From an uncultured candidate division Zixibacteria bacterium (lineage in GTDB: Bacteria > Zixibacteria > MSB-5A5 > GN15 > FEB-12): a stretch of DNA of 64,000 bases. The notes below the pieces were generated by a model. It searched no databases. It saw only the letters and a program-made list of their open reading frames with translations, and was not told where the DNA came from. A program made the translations under genes and the position numbers. Shown here piece after piece: positions 1 through 9,175 of the stretch (its first letter is position 1; each line of letters starts with the position of its first letter). The stretch spans positions 1,746,005 to 1,810,004 of the forward strand of contig CAVQCT010000002.1 of NCBI GenBank assembly GCA_963711085.1. Reading direction: 5' to 3'.

Positions 1-13
1 TACTGGCCGAAGA

Positions 14-817
14 TCAGCCGTTGGGAGCGATGCTCCCTTTGGACACCGTGCCCGGTTGTCCGGGATTGTCTTTTTTCTTACTATGGCTTTTCGGGCGTTT
101 GGACGCCAACTTCTGGCCGCTACCGGTCGGCTTCGATGAATAGTCGTAGTAGCTGTAGTCGTAATAGTACGGCAGGCTGCCGGTCATGTTGTTGAGCACT
201 ACGCCAAGGATGCGATCCCGTTCGGAATTCAGGATCTCCACCGCCCGTTTGACCACTTCCTTCTGCGTCGCACCTGCCTTCACGACCACGAGGATGCCGT
301 CGACTTTCGACGCCAGCATCATTGGATCGGACACGGGCAACAACGGAGGGCAGTCCACCACGATCAGATCGTAATAGAACTTCAGTTCTTCGATCAAATT
401 CCCGATCGCATCGGCATCGAACACCTCGGTCGGGTTGCTGCACCGGCGACCGGAAGTGAGGACGTCGAGCTTGTCTATTGAAGTCTTCTGGATGGCGTCT
501 TTGTGGTTGTAACCATCGACAAGAATCTCGACCAGGCCGGGATCGGAGGTCATTTTGAAGAACCGATGAATCGAGGGTCTTCGAAGATCAGCGTCGATGA
601 GCAGGGTCTTGTATCCCTTTTTCTTCGCGGCCGTGATAGCCATAAACGAACAGACCGTGGACTTCCCTTCGGACAGCATGGCCGAAGTCATCATCAGCGA
701 TTTCAGTTCACGTTCCTGACCCCGGCCGAATACTTTGTAGAGGAGTCGCCGAAACTCGGTGACATAAGGGGATTCGAGGTCGTACAGTTCAATGATGGAG
801 TGTTCAGAACGAGCCAT
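14..817 (-). CDS. BY-kinase (CpsD/CapB/Wzc-C type protein-tyrosine autokinase)
   Basis: 267-aa ORF. Walker A SEGKST, A' LLIDADLRRP, Walker B IVVDCPP, C-terminal Tyr cluster YYYDYSYYDY. Last gene of the export operon. Confidence 0.85.
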   Translation of the reverse strand: MARSEHSIIELYDLESPYVTEFRRLLYKVFGRGQERELKSLMMTSAMLSEGKSTVCSFMAITAAKKKGYKTLLIDADLRRPSIHRFFKMTSDPGLVEILVDGYNHKDAIQKTSIDKLDVLTSGRRCSNPTEVFDADAIGNLIEELKFYYDLIVVDCPPLLPVSDPMMLASKVDGILVVVKAGATQKEVVKRAVEILNSERDRILGVVLNNMTGSLPYYYDYSYYDYSSKPTGSGQKLASKRPKSHSKKKDNPGQPGTVSKGSIAPNG

Positions 818-820
818 AGA

Positions 821-1942
821 TCAACCTTGCTCCGCGATCTTTTTGACCAGTCGGTTTGCCGATTCGTGCACCTTCTCGGCCTCATCGATATACGAGGTAA
901 GCCGGGTAAGGGCCGGATTGATTTCGAGAGTCTTCAGATATTGATCGATCCCCTTCTTCCAGAGGATTCTTCCCTGCTCCAGATAGCAGCGGGCCAGTTC
1001 CGCGTAGAGATCGACATAGGTCGGATTCTTGGCGATTTCGGATTGCAGAAAGCGGATTCTGTCCTGTACCGCCCGTTCGGTGGCCCACTGGGGATGAAGG
1101 GCATATTTCATGTAATAGGGGGAGAATTTCCGACGGTGCTGCTCTTTCTTGTCTTCGCGCACCTGCCTCAGCAGGGTGAACGCCCGCTTGAGATCCTGCG
1201 CCTTGAGCGCTTCGATTCCCGTCTCATAGATAGCCGACTTGTAATCCGGATTGATAAGAGTCGCCTTGGTGAAATAATCCTGCGACTTGGTGAGAAAATT
1301 AGTGAACAGCTCGGTGTCGTTCCGCTCCAGAGCGTTCAGTATTAGCGTGAGGCCGTAATTGAAGTAGGCATCGCTATAGTACAGATTTATGCCGATCGCT
1401 CGTTCAAACTCGAGGGTCGCCTTCTTGTACATCTTCGCCGCCATGAAAGCTTCGCCTAAGATATTGCGATAGTCCGCGTATTCCGCTCGAAAGCCGACGG
1501 CCGATTGCGACATTTTCAGCGCCGCCTCGACATTGCCGTAGACCAGCTCCACCTGAGCAAGATGGCTGTACGCCTCGTGATATTCCGGATTCGCCTGAAT
1601 GGCCTGCTCAAACAGGTCCTTGGCTTCGGCATAAAATCTCTTGTAGAAGAACGCCAGGCCGAGATGAAACATCATCTCCGGGCTGCCTTCAGCCTTCATG
1701 TGCCGATAGGCGTTCAGGAGCGTCTCAATCTCTTTCTTCTTCTCCCCGTGCGTCGACTTGACCATCGACAACACCTCTTCCGGCTTGATATGTTCCGGAT
1801 GCGGGAAGACGATCGTGTCGGCGAGGGCGCCGTTGATATAGACCTCGGACTCGACTGTCCCGAGGCTGACGTCGTTGGTGGTCTTGATGAGATATTCCTT
1901 TTCCTCATCCACCAGCTTGCTGTTCAAACGATAAGTTTCCAT
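821..1942 (-). CDS. TPR-repeat protein inside EPS export operon
   Basis: 373-aa ORF with repeated A/Y/F-rich 34-aa helical repeats (e.g. AYSHLAQVELVYGNVEAALKMSQSAV, AYFNYGLTLI). 3-6 nt gaps to both neighbours. Confidence 0.7.
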   Translation of the reverse strand: METYRLNSKLVDEEKEYLIKTTNDVSLGTVESEVYINGALADTIVFPHPEHIKPEEVLSMVKSTHGEKKKEIETLLNAYRHMKAEGSPEMMFHLGLAFFYKRFYAEAKDLFEQAIQANPEYHEAYSHLAQVELVYGNVEAALKMSQSAVGFRAEYADYRNILGEAFMAAKMYKKATLEFERAIGINLYYSDAYFNYGLTLILNALERNDTELFTNFLTKSQDYFTKATLINPDYKSAIYETGIEALKAQDLKRAFTLLRQVREDKKEQHRRKFSPYYMKYALHPQWATERAVQDRIRFLQSEIAKNPTYVDLYAELARCYLEQGRILWKKGIDQYLKTLEINPALTRLTSYIDEAEKVHESANRLVKKIAEQG

Positions 1943-1948
1943 CTGTCT

Positions 1949-3439
1949 TTACCTGCGAAGTTTCTCGATCTTCGGAATGGTCGCGATTACCGGGAGGTTC
2001 AACTCGTATTCGATGTCGTCGACCCGTTTGAACGAATTGTCCAGAATTTCAATCAGGAAGACGAATGCTCCGCCGAGCACCAGCCCCATCGCGAAACCTA
2101 TGATGATGATATTCCGCTTGTTCGGCCAATATGGAGCGAGCGGCACCTGGGCCGGTTCGATAACTTTGTACTTGGTCCGCTCCTTGGCCTGCTCGGACAA
2201 TATTCCAACTGTCGCCTCTTCCGACCTGAACGCGTCGCGGTACTTGCGGGCATCGGCGACCTTGTTCTCCAGCTCCGTTATCTGAGACTGCAGCCGTGGG
2301 ATCAAATTGATCCGGCCGGCGATTTCGTCAAGACTCTGCTGTAATCGCTGCTGCTTGGAATTGTCTATGTCAAGATTCTCTTCGAGGACAAAACTCCGCT
2401 GAAGCATCGCCAGTTGATTGGCCGGGTACGAAGAATACTGTTCGGCGGCGGAACTCGTCACCGCTTCTTCGAGATACTGCGTGTAGTTGTTGAGGCGGAT
2501 GTTCACATTGATGACGTTCTGATCATCCCAGGTGTACTTCTCCATCATGTTGGCATAGGTGGAGATCAGCTGGTCGATTGTCGTACGGAGCTCAACGATA
2601 GAGTCGTTGTATTTGAGTCGGGCTTTGCCGAGGTTGAAATCGGCCAGCTTCTGCTTGAGGGAATTGAGTTCGCGGGAATAGTCGTCGCGCTCCAGGCCGA
2701 TCTTGTCGATCGTCGATACGATGTTGAACCGGTTCGTTTCCGAGGCGATATTCTCCGGCAACTGCAATTTGGACAGCTTGCTCTGAGCGGAATTCAGGGA
2801 ATCAATCGCCTGCTGGTAGTAGAATTCTGTCTTCTGCAGCTGAACATCGGCAAACGACTGATTGTCGAGGATCTTCTCCATCTCGTACTTGGTCTTTTCC
2901 TGGTCGAGAATCTCGGTCAGCCGGTTGGCCATGTCGCGGGCCATGACCGGATCGGTATTGGTAACGGAAATCTTCACCTGATCGAGGCCATAGAACGAAA
3001 CGCCGATCTCTTTTCTCAGTTTGTCGACGAGCAGGTTGTACTTGATTTGATCGAGACTGTACTCGGGGGTCTCTTCGCGCGCTTTGGCCGCTTCGCGGGT
3101 AACATCCGGATCATCGTCAAGCTTCAGGTCCCGAATCAATTGGTACAGATACGGCTGCGAGGTAATCTCGGCCTGAAGAGCGAGCTGGCGGCTCTGCTGT
3201 TCGTCGCGGGTCTCCGGACGATTACCGCCGACAATACTTGCCAATTCGCGTGATGCATTCTCAGGCTTGTCAATCCAGATAATGGTTGTGGATTCGTACT
3301 TCGGCTTCAACAAGAATGTTCCGCCGTAAGCCATCGCCGTAATCACCACCAGAGGCCCGACAATCAGCCACTTCCGTTTCAGTATTATCGCAAAGATGTC
3401 TTTGAGATCGATTGATTTGACTTCTTTGGGCTGGAGCAT
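1949..3439 (-). CDS. Polysaccharide chain-length determinant (Wzz/GumC/PCP family)
   Basis: 496 aa. N-terminal TM (WLIVGPLVVITAMAYGG) after a KDIFAIILKRKW Wzz-type start, long coiled-coil periplasmic region, C-terminal TM (IIIGFAMGLVLGGAFVFLIEIL). Confidence 0.8.
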   Translation of the reverse strand: MLQPKEVKSIDLKDIFAIILKRKWLIVGPLVVITAMAYGGTFLLKPKYESTTIIWIDKPENASRELASIVGGNRPETRDEQQSRQLALQAEITSQPYLYQLIRDLKLDDDPDVTREAAKAREETPEYSLDQIKYNLLVDKLRKEIGVSFYGLDQVKISVTNTDPVMARDMANRLTEILDQEKTKYEMEKILDNQSFADVQLQKTEFYYQQAIDSLNSAQSKLSKLQLPENIASETNRFNIVSTIDKIGLERDDYSRELNSLKQKLADFNLGKARLKYNDSIVELRTTIDQLISTYANMMEKYTWDDQNVINVNIRLNNYTQYLEEAVTSSAAEQYSSYPANQLAMLQRSFVLEENLDIDNSKQQRLQQSLDEIAGRINLIPRLQSQITELENKVADARKYRDAFRSEEATVGILSEQAKERTKYKVIEPAQVPLAPYWPNKRNIIIIGFAMGLVLGGAFVFLIEILDNSFKRVDDIEYELNLPVIATIPKIEKLRR

Positions 3440-3451
3440 AAATGAAAGTCC

Positions 3452-4459
3452 CTAACGGGCAGTCGAGGTATTGTTGTTATTGTTATTATTGTTATTGTGA
3501 AGCGCCGTGTATATCAGCACGGCCGTCGAAATCACTCCCAGGGCCGTCCCGGCCGTTCCAAGTCCAACACCCAGGAAGCCTCCGCCGCTATGCGGCAGGA
3601 TGAAGGTATCCTCCCGGCGCATGATATATCTCGCCGGCGTACCGGTCTTGGAGTACTTGTCAAGATTCACTTCGATCGTCTGGGCGTAGTATCCGTCCTT
3701 CGTGATGATCCTCGCCTTTTTCAGGTTGGCATTCTCTGCCGGACCGCCGGCAAGAGCCAGCGCCTGAAGGATGTCGATATTGTCCTGGTATTGAATCGGA
3801 CCCGGATTGTTGACCGCGCCGATCACGTAGATTTCGTTTTTCTGCGAAGTCGGCGGACCGATCTCAGCCGACGGGAGCCCCGACGGTACTCGCGGAATGT
3901 CAATCGTGTCGCCCCGGCCGATTTTGGGCAGCTTGTCCAGCTGGCCGCTTTCGATCGCCTTGAGAACATTCACGATTTCGACTTTACCTGCATTGTCGCC
4001 GCCGCGGATAATCGTGACTCTGGAAAGGTCACCGAATTCAGTGATTCCTCCGGACTCGTTTATCACCGTCCACAGATCGGGGATTTCCTCGAATGTATGC
4101 TTCCCGGGGTTGTTAATCTGCCCTTTCAGAAAGACGTACTGGTATTGATAATCAACCACTCTTACCGTGGCCTGAGAGACCCTGGTATTCAAGCGGCTCA
4201 TCTGACGGATAATGTCGTTTTGGAGTTCGGTTGGGGTTTTCCCGGCCGCTTTGATCGATCCTACAATATCCAGGCTGATCATACCGTCATTGTCGACTCG
4301 AACCTGGGCATTCAAAGTCTCGTCCTGCCAGAACCTGACATCGAGCACGTCGCCCGGCCCGATTACATACTCAGCGGCCTGAATCAGGCCGGCCAGACAG
4401 AGGACGGCGAGTCCGGTTATGAATAGATACGCATATTTTTTCATGGCAAACTGTCTCAT
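3452..4459 (-). CDS. Polysaccharide export protein (Wza/Poly_export + SLBB) with poly-Asn tail
   Basis: 335 aa. Signal peptide, GPGDVLDVRFW Poly_export motif, SLBB-like repeats (VYVIGAVNNPG), C-terminal hydrophobic helix, then 9 consecutive Asn. Start may instead be ATG at 4444 (MKKYAYLF). Confidence 0.8.
   Translation of the reverse strand: MRQFAMKKYAYLFITGLAVLCLAGLIQAAEYVIGPGDVLDVRFWQDETLNAQVRVDNDGMISLDIVGSIKAAGKTPTELQNDIIRQMSRLNTRVSQATVRVVDYQYQYVFLKGQINNPGKHTFEEIPDLWTVINESGGITEFGDLSRVTIIRGGDNAGKVEIVNVLKAIESGQLDKLPKIGRGDTIDIPRVPSGLPSAEIGPPTSQKNEIYVIGAVNNPGPIQYQDNIDILQALALAGGPAENANLKKARIITKDGYYAQTIEVNLDKYSKTGTPARYIMRREDTFILPHSGGGFLGVGLGTAGTALGVISTAVLIYTALHNNNNNNNNNTSTAR
3470..3496 (-). repeat. 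Mixed AAT/AAC codon tract encoding N9 at the Wza-like C-terminus
   Basis: ttgttgttattgttattattgttattg on the plus strand. Confidence 0.9.
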
Positions 4460-4599
4460 CCCTGAGCCTCTCAGTTATACAATAATATCTAAAATCGGCA
4501 CATTTTGGGTTTACTTTTGGGCATAAATATAGATTTGGTCGGTAGCACTGTAAAGCATAAAACAAAATATCAGTCAACGGGTTTCAACGGATTGCCGGA

Positions 4600-6234
4600 T
4601 TACATGGCCGGCGTGTAAATAAGCGACTTATTACGTCCAGTTTCCTTGGCTTTCAAGAGGGCCATATCGGCGGCAAAGATCAGCTTTTTGGGGTCATCGG
4701 CATGATGGGGGAAAATCGCTCCGCCAATTGAGACCGTGCAGTGCAGAGGTTTTTCGATTCCGTCAACCGCGAACTCTTCCCGGCCGATTCGGTTCTTGAG
4801 GCGCTCCATAAATCGGACACAGGTTTCTTCGTCCGCCTCCGGCATAATGGCACAAAATTCGTCCCCTCCGTAGCGGGCGACAATATCGATAGTCCGAATC
4901 GAGGTTTTCAGAATATCCCCCATCCTACTCAGGAGAGCGTCCCCGGCCAGGTGGCCGTAGGTGTCGTTGGTGCACTTGAGATCGTCGAGATCGAACATGA
5001 TGAGAGCAAGATTGCGCTGATACCGTCGGGCGCGACTGACTTCTTCATCGAGACGCTTGAAAAAGTAGCGCTGATTGGCAAGACCGGTGAGATTGTCGGT
5101 GTACGACATTTCTTCGATTACTTCGAACGATTCGGCGTTTTCGACCAGTTCGATTGCCGAACTCTGGAACGACTTGAGCTTCTCCACCACCTGGTTTGCC
5201 TCGCCTCCTCCTGCCCAGGCAATCAGCCCGGGGCGGTCCTCTCTGAGCGGAAACGAAGCGGTGAATTTGAGTCCTCGGTCGTTCACGTAATTTATCCATT
5301 CCCGGGTTTCGGATTGGCCCTGTACGATCGAGCCAATTTCGGTATACTCCCGCCCCTGAATTTGGTCGAGGATCTCTTTGAGGGCCGCTATCGATGGTCC
5401 GGGAATCGGACTGGTAATTCCGCGCTGGACGAGAACCGTACCGCCGTTGTCGAGACGCGTGGCATACAAATAGACCAGCCGGTCGGCTCCCATGATTTCC
5501 TTCAAGGCATCCACAATTCCGGGTACGACAGTTTCGGTTCGTCGGTTGCGTACCAGCCTGAGAATCTTACTGACCGATTCCTCGCGCTCGCCTGTTCTGA
5601 CCGGAGGGGTCTTCCTCTCCTCCATTGATGTCAACAGGGTCTCATATTTGGCTTCGTGCCATTTGATATGGTAGGCGGCGGAGAGAGATTGGGCCAGACT
5701 TGCCAGCAGGAACAGAAAGGCCGGCGATTCGGTACTTGCAGTGCTTCGCACGAAATATACACCGTAGAGATTCTCTCGCCAGAAGATCGGGATATAGATA
5801 TCCATTCCGAACCGGGACAGGCTCTCTTTCAGCTTGTTCGGCAGGAGCTCGGCCAGCTCCGAGGTCGGGTGCGGGAAGAAGTCTTCGCGAAGCCGGCTGG
5901 CGAAAGGCTCGCTGTAGCGCATTCTGAAATCGTTTCGCTGGAATCCGTTGATACCGTGATAATAGTTCAGTTCGAGCGTCCCGCGTTTCTTTCGCAGGAA
6001 AACGATCCGTTCACATCCGAACGATTCAATCAGCAGGCTCGACACCTTCCGGGCGACCTCGACAATCGACCCCTTCAGACTGTTGGTGAGGAGAAATTCT
6101 GAGAAGTCGTTCTGCCGCATATTGCGGAACGCTTCACTCATGCGGCGCTCACGCCTGATTCTCAACAGGAGCAGCGCACTGAGGAGCAGGACCAGTCCGA
6201 CAAGTACGATTATTAGAATTGATTGCACCGACAT
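4600..6234 (-). CDS. Membrane-anchored diguanylate cyclase (TM + GAF-like regions + GGDEF)
   Basis: 544 aa. N-terminal TM ILIIVLVGLVLLLSALLLL, active-site RYGGDEFCAIM, RxxD I-site (RTID) 5 residues upstream of GGDEF. Confidence 0.85.
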   Translation of the reverse strand: MSVQSILIIVLVGLVLLLSALLLLRIRRERRMSEAFRNMRQNDFSEFLLTNSLKGSIVEVARKVSSLLIESFGCERIVFLRKKRGTLELNYYHGINGFQRNDFRMRYSEPFASRLREDFFPHPTSELAELLPNKLKESLSRFGMDIYIPIFWRENLYGVYFVRSTASTESPAFLFLLASLAQSLSAAYHIKWHEAKYETLLTSMEERKTPPVRTGEREESVSKILRLVRNRRTETVVPGIVDALKEIMGADRLVYLYATRLDNGGTVLVQRGITSPIPGPSIAALKEILDQIQGREYTEIGSIVQGQSETREWINYVNDRGLKFTASFPLREDRPGLIAWAGGGEANQVVEKLKSFQSSAIELVENAESFEVIEEMSYTDNLTGLANQRYFFKRLDEEVSRARRYQRNLALIMFDLDDLKCTNDTYGHLAGDALLSRMGDILKTSIRTIDIVARYGGDEFCAIMPEADEETCVRFMERLKNRIGREEFAVDGIEKPLHCTVSIGGAIFPHHADDPKKLIFAADMALLKAKETGRNKSLIYTPAM

Positions 6235-6311
6235 GAGCGCACCGATTTTGATCGTTATTTGTCTATAATAAATATAGAGTCTTGCCCCGCAGAATCAACC
6301 TAAAAGCAAGG

Positions 6312-6548
6312 TCATCGTGCCCGAAAGAGGCGGAACCTGGACCGCCGCGTCAGCAATTTCTTACGTTTGAGCAGGAAAAACAGCTCCCACCAGCCGACTT
6401 GCAGGGCATCTGACCTTACGTTGATCTCCTGCTTCATTTCACCGATTGACGAAAATGGATCTTCCCGGATAAGCTTGAGAACAGCCGTTTCGAGATCATC
6501 CTGATTGGTGATCTCGTCGCTGGCGAAAGTCACGGTCTGAGTGGACAT
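6312..6548 (-). CDS. Hypothetical 78-aa protein between the STAS and GGDEF genes
   Basis: ORF only. Acidic N-half, basic C-tail (KRKKLLTRRSRFRLFRAR). No recognisable motif. Confidence 0.35.
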   Translation of the reverse strand: MSTQTVTFASDEITNQDDLETAVLKLIREDPFSSIGEMKQEINVRSDALQVGWWELFFLLKRKKLLTRRSRFRLFRAR

Positions 6549-6595
6549 CGTCCGGGGCCGCGCCCCCGTTTGAGCGTCTTGAACGGTGAGTTTTG

Positions 6596-6985
6596 TTACA
6601 TCCCGGACTTTTTTTTTCCGTCGTCGGCCGGTACCTGCCCGAAAGCATCACGCGCGTCGTCCACCGTCGGGAAGACCTTCAGCACGTTGTCAAACTCAAG
6701 CAGTTCATAGATTTCGTATACGTTCGGGACCATGCTGGCCAGCTTGATATCGCCGCCGTTTGAACGAACATCTTTGATATGCGATATGAAAATCCCCCAG
6801 CCGGCGGACGAAATATACTCGACCCCGGCGAGGTCAATGATCAGGCGATAGCGCTCTCTTTTCAAAAGGGAATCAATCACCTCTTCGAGTTCGCCAGCCG
6901 TCAGCGTATCGATCACGCCGTCGACCCGGATCTCGGAGATTTCGTTCCGGCTGCCTTCCTGAAGAGATATTGAAATATTGTCCAT
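6596..6985 (-). CDS. STAS-domain anti-sigma-factor antagonist (SpoIIAA/RsbV/HsbA-like)
   Basis: 129 aa. Canonical phospho-Ser context DLAGVEYISSAGWG. Confidence 0.85.
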   Translation of the reverse strand: MDNISISLQEGSRNEISEIRVDGVIDTLTAGELEEVIDSLLKRERYRLIIDLAGVEYISSAGWGIFISHIKDVRSNGGDIKLASMVPNVYEIYELLEFDNVLKVFPTVDDARDAFGQVPADDGKKKSGM

Positions 6986-7073
6986 AGTATAAACTTATAA
7001 TGCGACTCGTATGGAAGTTCTAATCAGCGGTAATAATGCGACACCGGTCGGTCCGGGGCAAGGAAAATCTTTC

Positions 7074-9116
7074 TTACTGCTGAGATGGCCGATCCGAGAC
7101 GTTCCTGACGTCAACTGACGGCTGTATCGATCGGGCCACTGGCTGCTGGTGGGCCACGGCGGAGTGGCAACGAGACAGAATGAAGGTAATATCGTCGTGA
7201 GCTTTGACGAATCCGGTGAAGTCGTCGATATCGGCCGTAATTCGTTTCGATATCTCGGCCACGCCGACCTGCTCATCTTCGGCCAGGATCCGTTCAAGCA
7301 GCTCTTTGAGTCGAGGCATTCCATATACCTGTCCGTCGCGATCCTTCGCCTCCGTGATACCATCGGTAAAGATAAAGAACAAGTCGTCATCTTCGAGCTG
7401 CATCGTCACTTCTTCGAGAATACGTTCGAACGAAGTTCCCTCGGTTTCCGGAAGACCCAGCGGCATTCCTTTCGGATTGACCTGAAGCATCGCCTTCCTG
7501 CCGGCCCGGTAGAACAGCATCGGATTGTGCCCGGCCGAGACGAAATTGATCGATCGCGAAGTAGCGTCGTAAATGACCAACAGGACGGTCACAAACATGC
7601 CCGGCGGAATGTTGTCTTTCAAATAGTGATGGACCTTGATGAGGGTATGGCGCGCCGACTGGGCATCGGCCGAATAGATCTGAATGACCGTCCGGAGCAT
7701 CGACATAACCAGCGACGCCGGAACACCCTTACCGGATACATCAGCGACCACCAGGCAGTATCGATCCTCAGAGACTTTGAACAGATCGTACAGATCCCCG
7801 CCGACAATCGACGCTGCACGATAGAAAGCATCGATTTCGAGGTGTGGTATGGCAGGGAGGTCGTTCGGAAGCAGCGTCTTTTGTATCTGCGAGGCTACTT
7901 CGATTTCCTTGGCCATCTTCTCGCGCTCGATGATATTTCTGCGGTCCTGCGACAGACGGGTCATCATCTGGTTGAACGCTTTGGAGATTTCGAAGAACTC
8001 CTCGGCGCCCTCCAGCGGCATCTCCGTTTCGAGATCGCCGGACGTGAACCTTCGAATGCGATTGGTAATCTTATGAATTGGATTGACGAAATAGTTCGAG
8101 AGCAGATAGATGCCGAGGATTCCGAACATGACCAGGATTACCGTCAGGATGAGAATCCGCTGGCGGGCCTCTCGCAGCTTGTTATAGATGGCGGCCGAGG
8201 AATAGGTCACATGAACTTCGCCCAGCAACTTCTCCCCTGTCATGATCGGCATGTTCAGGTACTGCATGTTCTCGTTTTCATAGCGGAGCGGCTGCGGGAC
8301 TCCCTCAATGCTCGGGCTGACACCCGGAGGATCTTCGTACGGTTTCCGGATATTGTGAATATCATCTGAGTGCGCCCGGATTATTCCCTGATCATCGGTC
8401 AGCACGATCAACTTGAGTTCCGGGTTGGCCCGGCGATAACTCACGATCAACTCGTCGAATTCCACGTCGGATCGACGGTTGATGAAGTACCCGGCGGCCT
8501 GATCGGCAATTGTCTTGGCCAGCGATTTGACCGTCTCGTCTTTGTGAACGTACATCTGGCGGGAAGTTTGAAAATCGAAGTAGTAGATGGAGCCGCCGAT
8601 GATAATCGACATGATGATAAAAGTCCAGACCGAGAATTTCACCCGCAAGGTGAACATACGGCGCAGGAGTGAACGGCTGACCGGCGCGGTGTCACCGATT
8701 CGCTTGATCATGCGGAGTTCGTTGAATCCGGCAGTCGAGATGTATTCCACCGAATCCATGATCTTCTGGATCATGTAGAACCCGAGCCCGCCTTTGCGTC
8801 CCGATTCCACCAGCCGCTGGAGATCGAACGTTCCGCTGCCGCCCGGCTGGAACGACCGTCCGAAATCGATCAGCGAGAAGATGACGAGCTTCTTGTAAAT
8901 GACTACCCTGAGCCGGATAATTCCTTTTTCGTAGAGGTAGGCATGGCGGATGATATTGGTCGCCCCTTCTTCGATCGCCAGCATGACCGCGGCAATCTCC
9001 TTTTTGGACATGGAGGCGGCGATGCAGCTTTCCCGGACCGTGCGCTGGATGCCGTCGAGGTACTTTTCCTCGGCGATAAACTCGGCATTGATCTCTTTTA
9101 TGGGGCGGCGAAACAT
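7074..9116 (-). CDS. Fusion protein: RsbW/SpoIIAB-type Ser kinase + 2 TM sensor + HAMP + SpoIIE/PP2C phosphatase
   Basis: 680 aa. N-box EEGATNIIRHAY and GGLGFYMIQ at the N-terminus. TM helices at FSVWTFIIMSIIIGGSIYYF and LILTVILVMFGILGIYLLSNYF. HAMP region. PP2C motifs GGDLYD, VVADVSGKGVPASL, FTDGITEA. Confidence 0.8.
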   Translation of the reverse strand: MFRRPIKEINAEFIAEEKYLDGIQRTVRESCIAASMSKKEIAAVMLAIEEGATNIIRHAYLYEKGIIRLRVVIYKKLVIFSLIDFGRSFQPGGSGTFDLQRLVESGRKGGLGFYMIQKIMDSVEYISTAGFNELRMIKRIGDTAPVSRSLLRRMFTLRVKFSVWTFIIMSIIIGGSIYYFDFQTSRQMYVHKDETVKSLAKTIADQAAGYFINRRSDVEFDELIVSYRRANPELKLIVLTDDQGIIRAHSDDIHNIRKPYEDPPGVSPSIEGVPQPLRYENENMQYLNMPIMTGEKLLGEVHVTYSSAAIYNKLREARQRILILTVILVMFGILGIYLLSNYFVNPIHKITNRIRRFTSGDLETEMPLEGAEEFFEISKAFNQMMTRLSQDRRNIIEREKMAKEIEVASQIQKTLLPNDLPAIPHLEIDAFYRAASIVGGDLYDLFKVSEDRYCLVVADVSGKGVPASLVMSMLRTVIQIYSADAQSARHTLIKVHHYLKDNIPPGMFVTVLLVIYDATSRSINFVSAGHNPMLFYRAGRKAMLQVNPKGMPLGLPETEGTSFERILEEVTMQLEDDDLFFIFTDGITEAKDRDGQVYGMPRLKELLERILAEDEQVGVAEISKRITADIDDFTGFVKAHDDITFILSRCHSAVAHQQPVARSIQPSVDVRNVSDRPSQQ

Positions 9117-9175
9117 AGGTGCAACGTAGTAAAGAGTGAATGGTTCGTCTATTTAAAAAAGCCCGCCGGGCGAGT

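Noticed and set aside
503-1345. Long plus-strand ORFs antisense to minus-strand genes. Examples: 503..1345, 2414..3253, 7149..8369, 17356..18357, 24733..25728, 45758..46804, 62557..63183.
   Set aside because: Each lies entirely inside a minus-strand gene with a clear family assignment. Their translations are low-complexity (R/G/D/L-rich) with no motifs, which is typical of shadow ORFs.
3470-3496. Poly-Asn codon tract as a phase-variable simple-sequence repeat.
   Set aside because: The tract mixes AAT and AAC codons irregularly, so slipped-strand mispairing is unlikely. Recorded only as a low-complexity tail.
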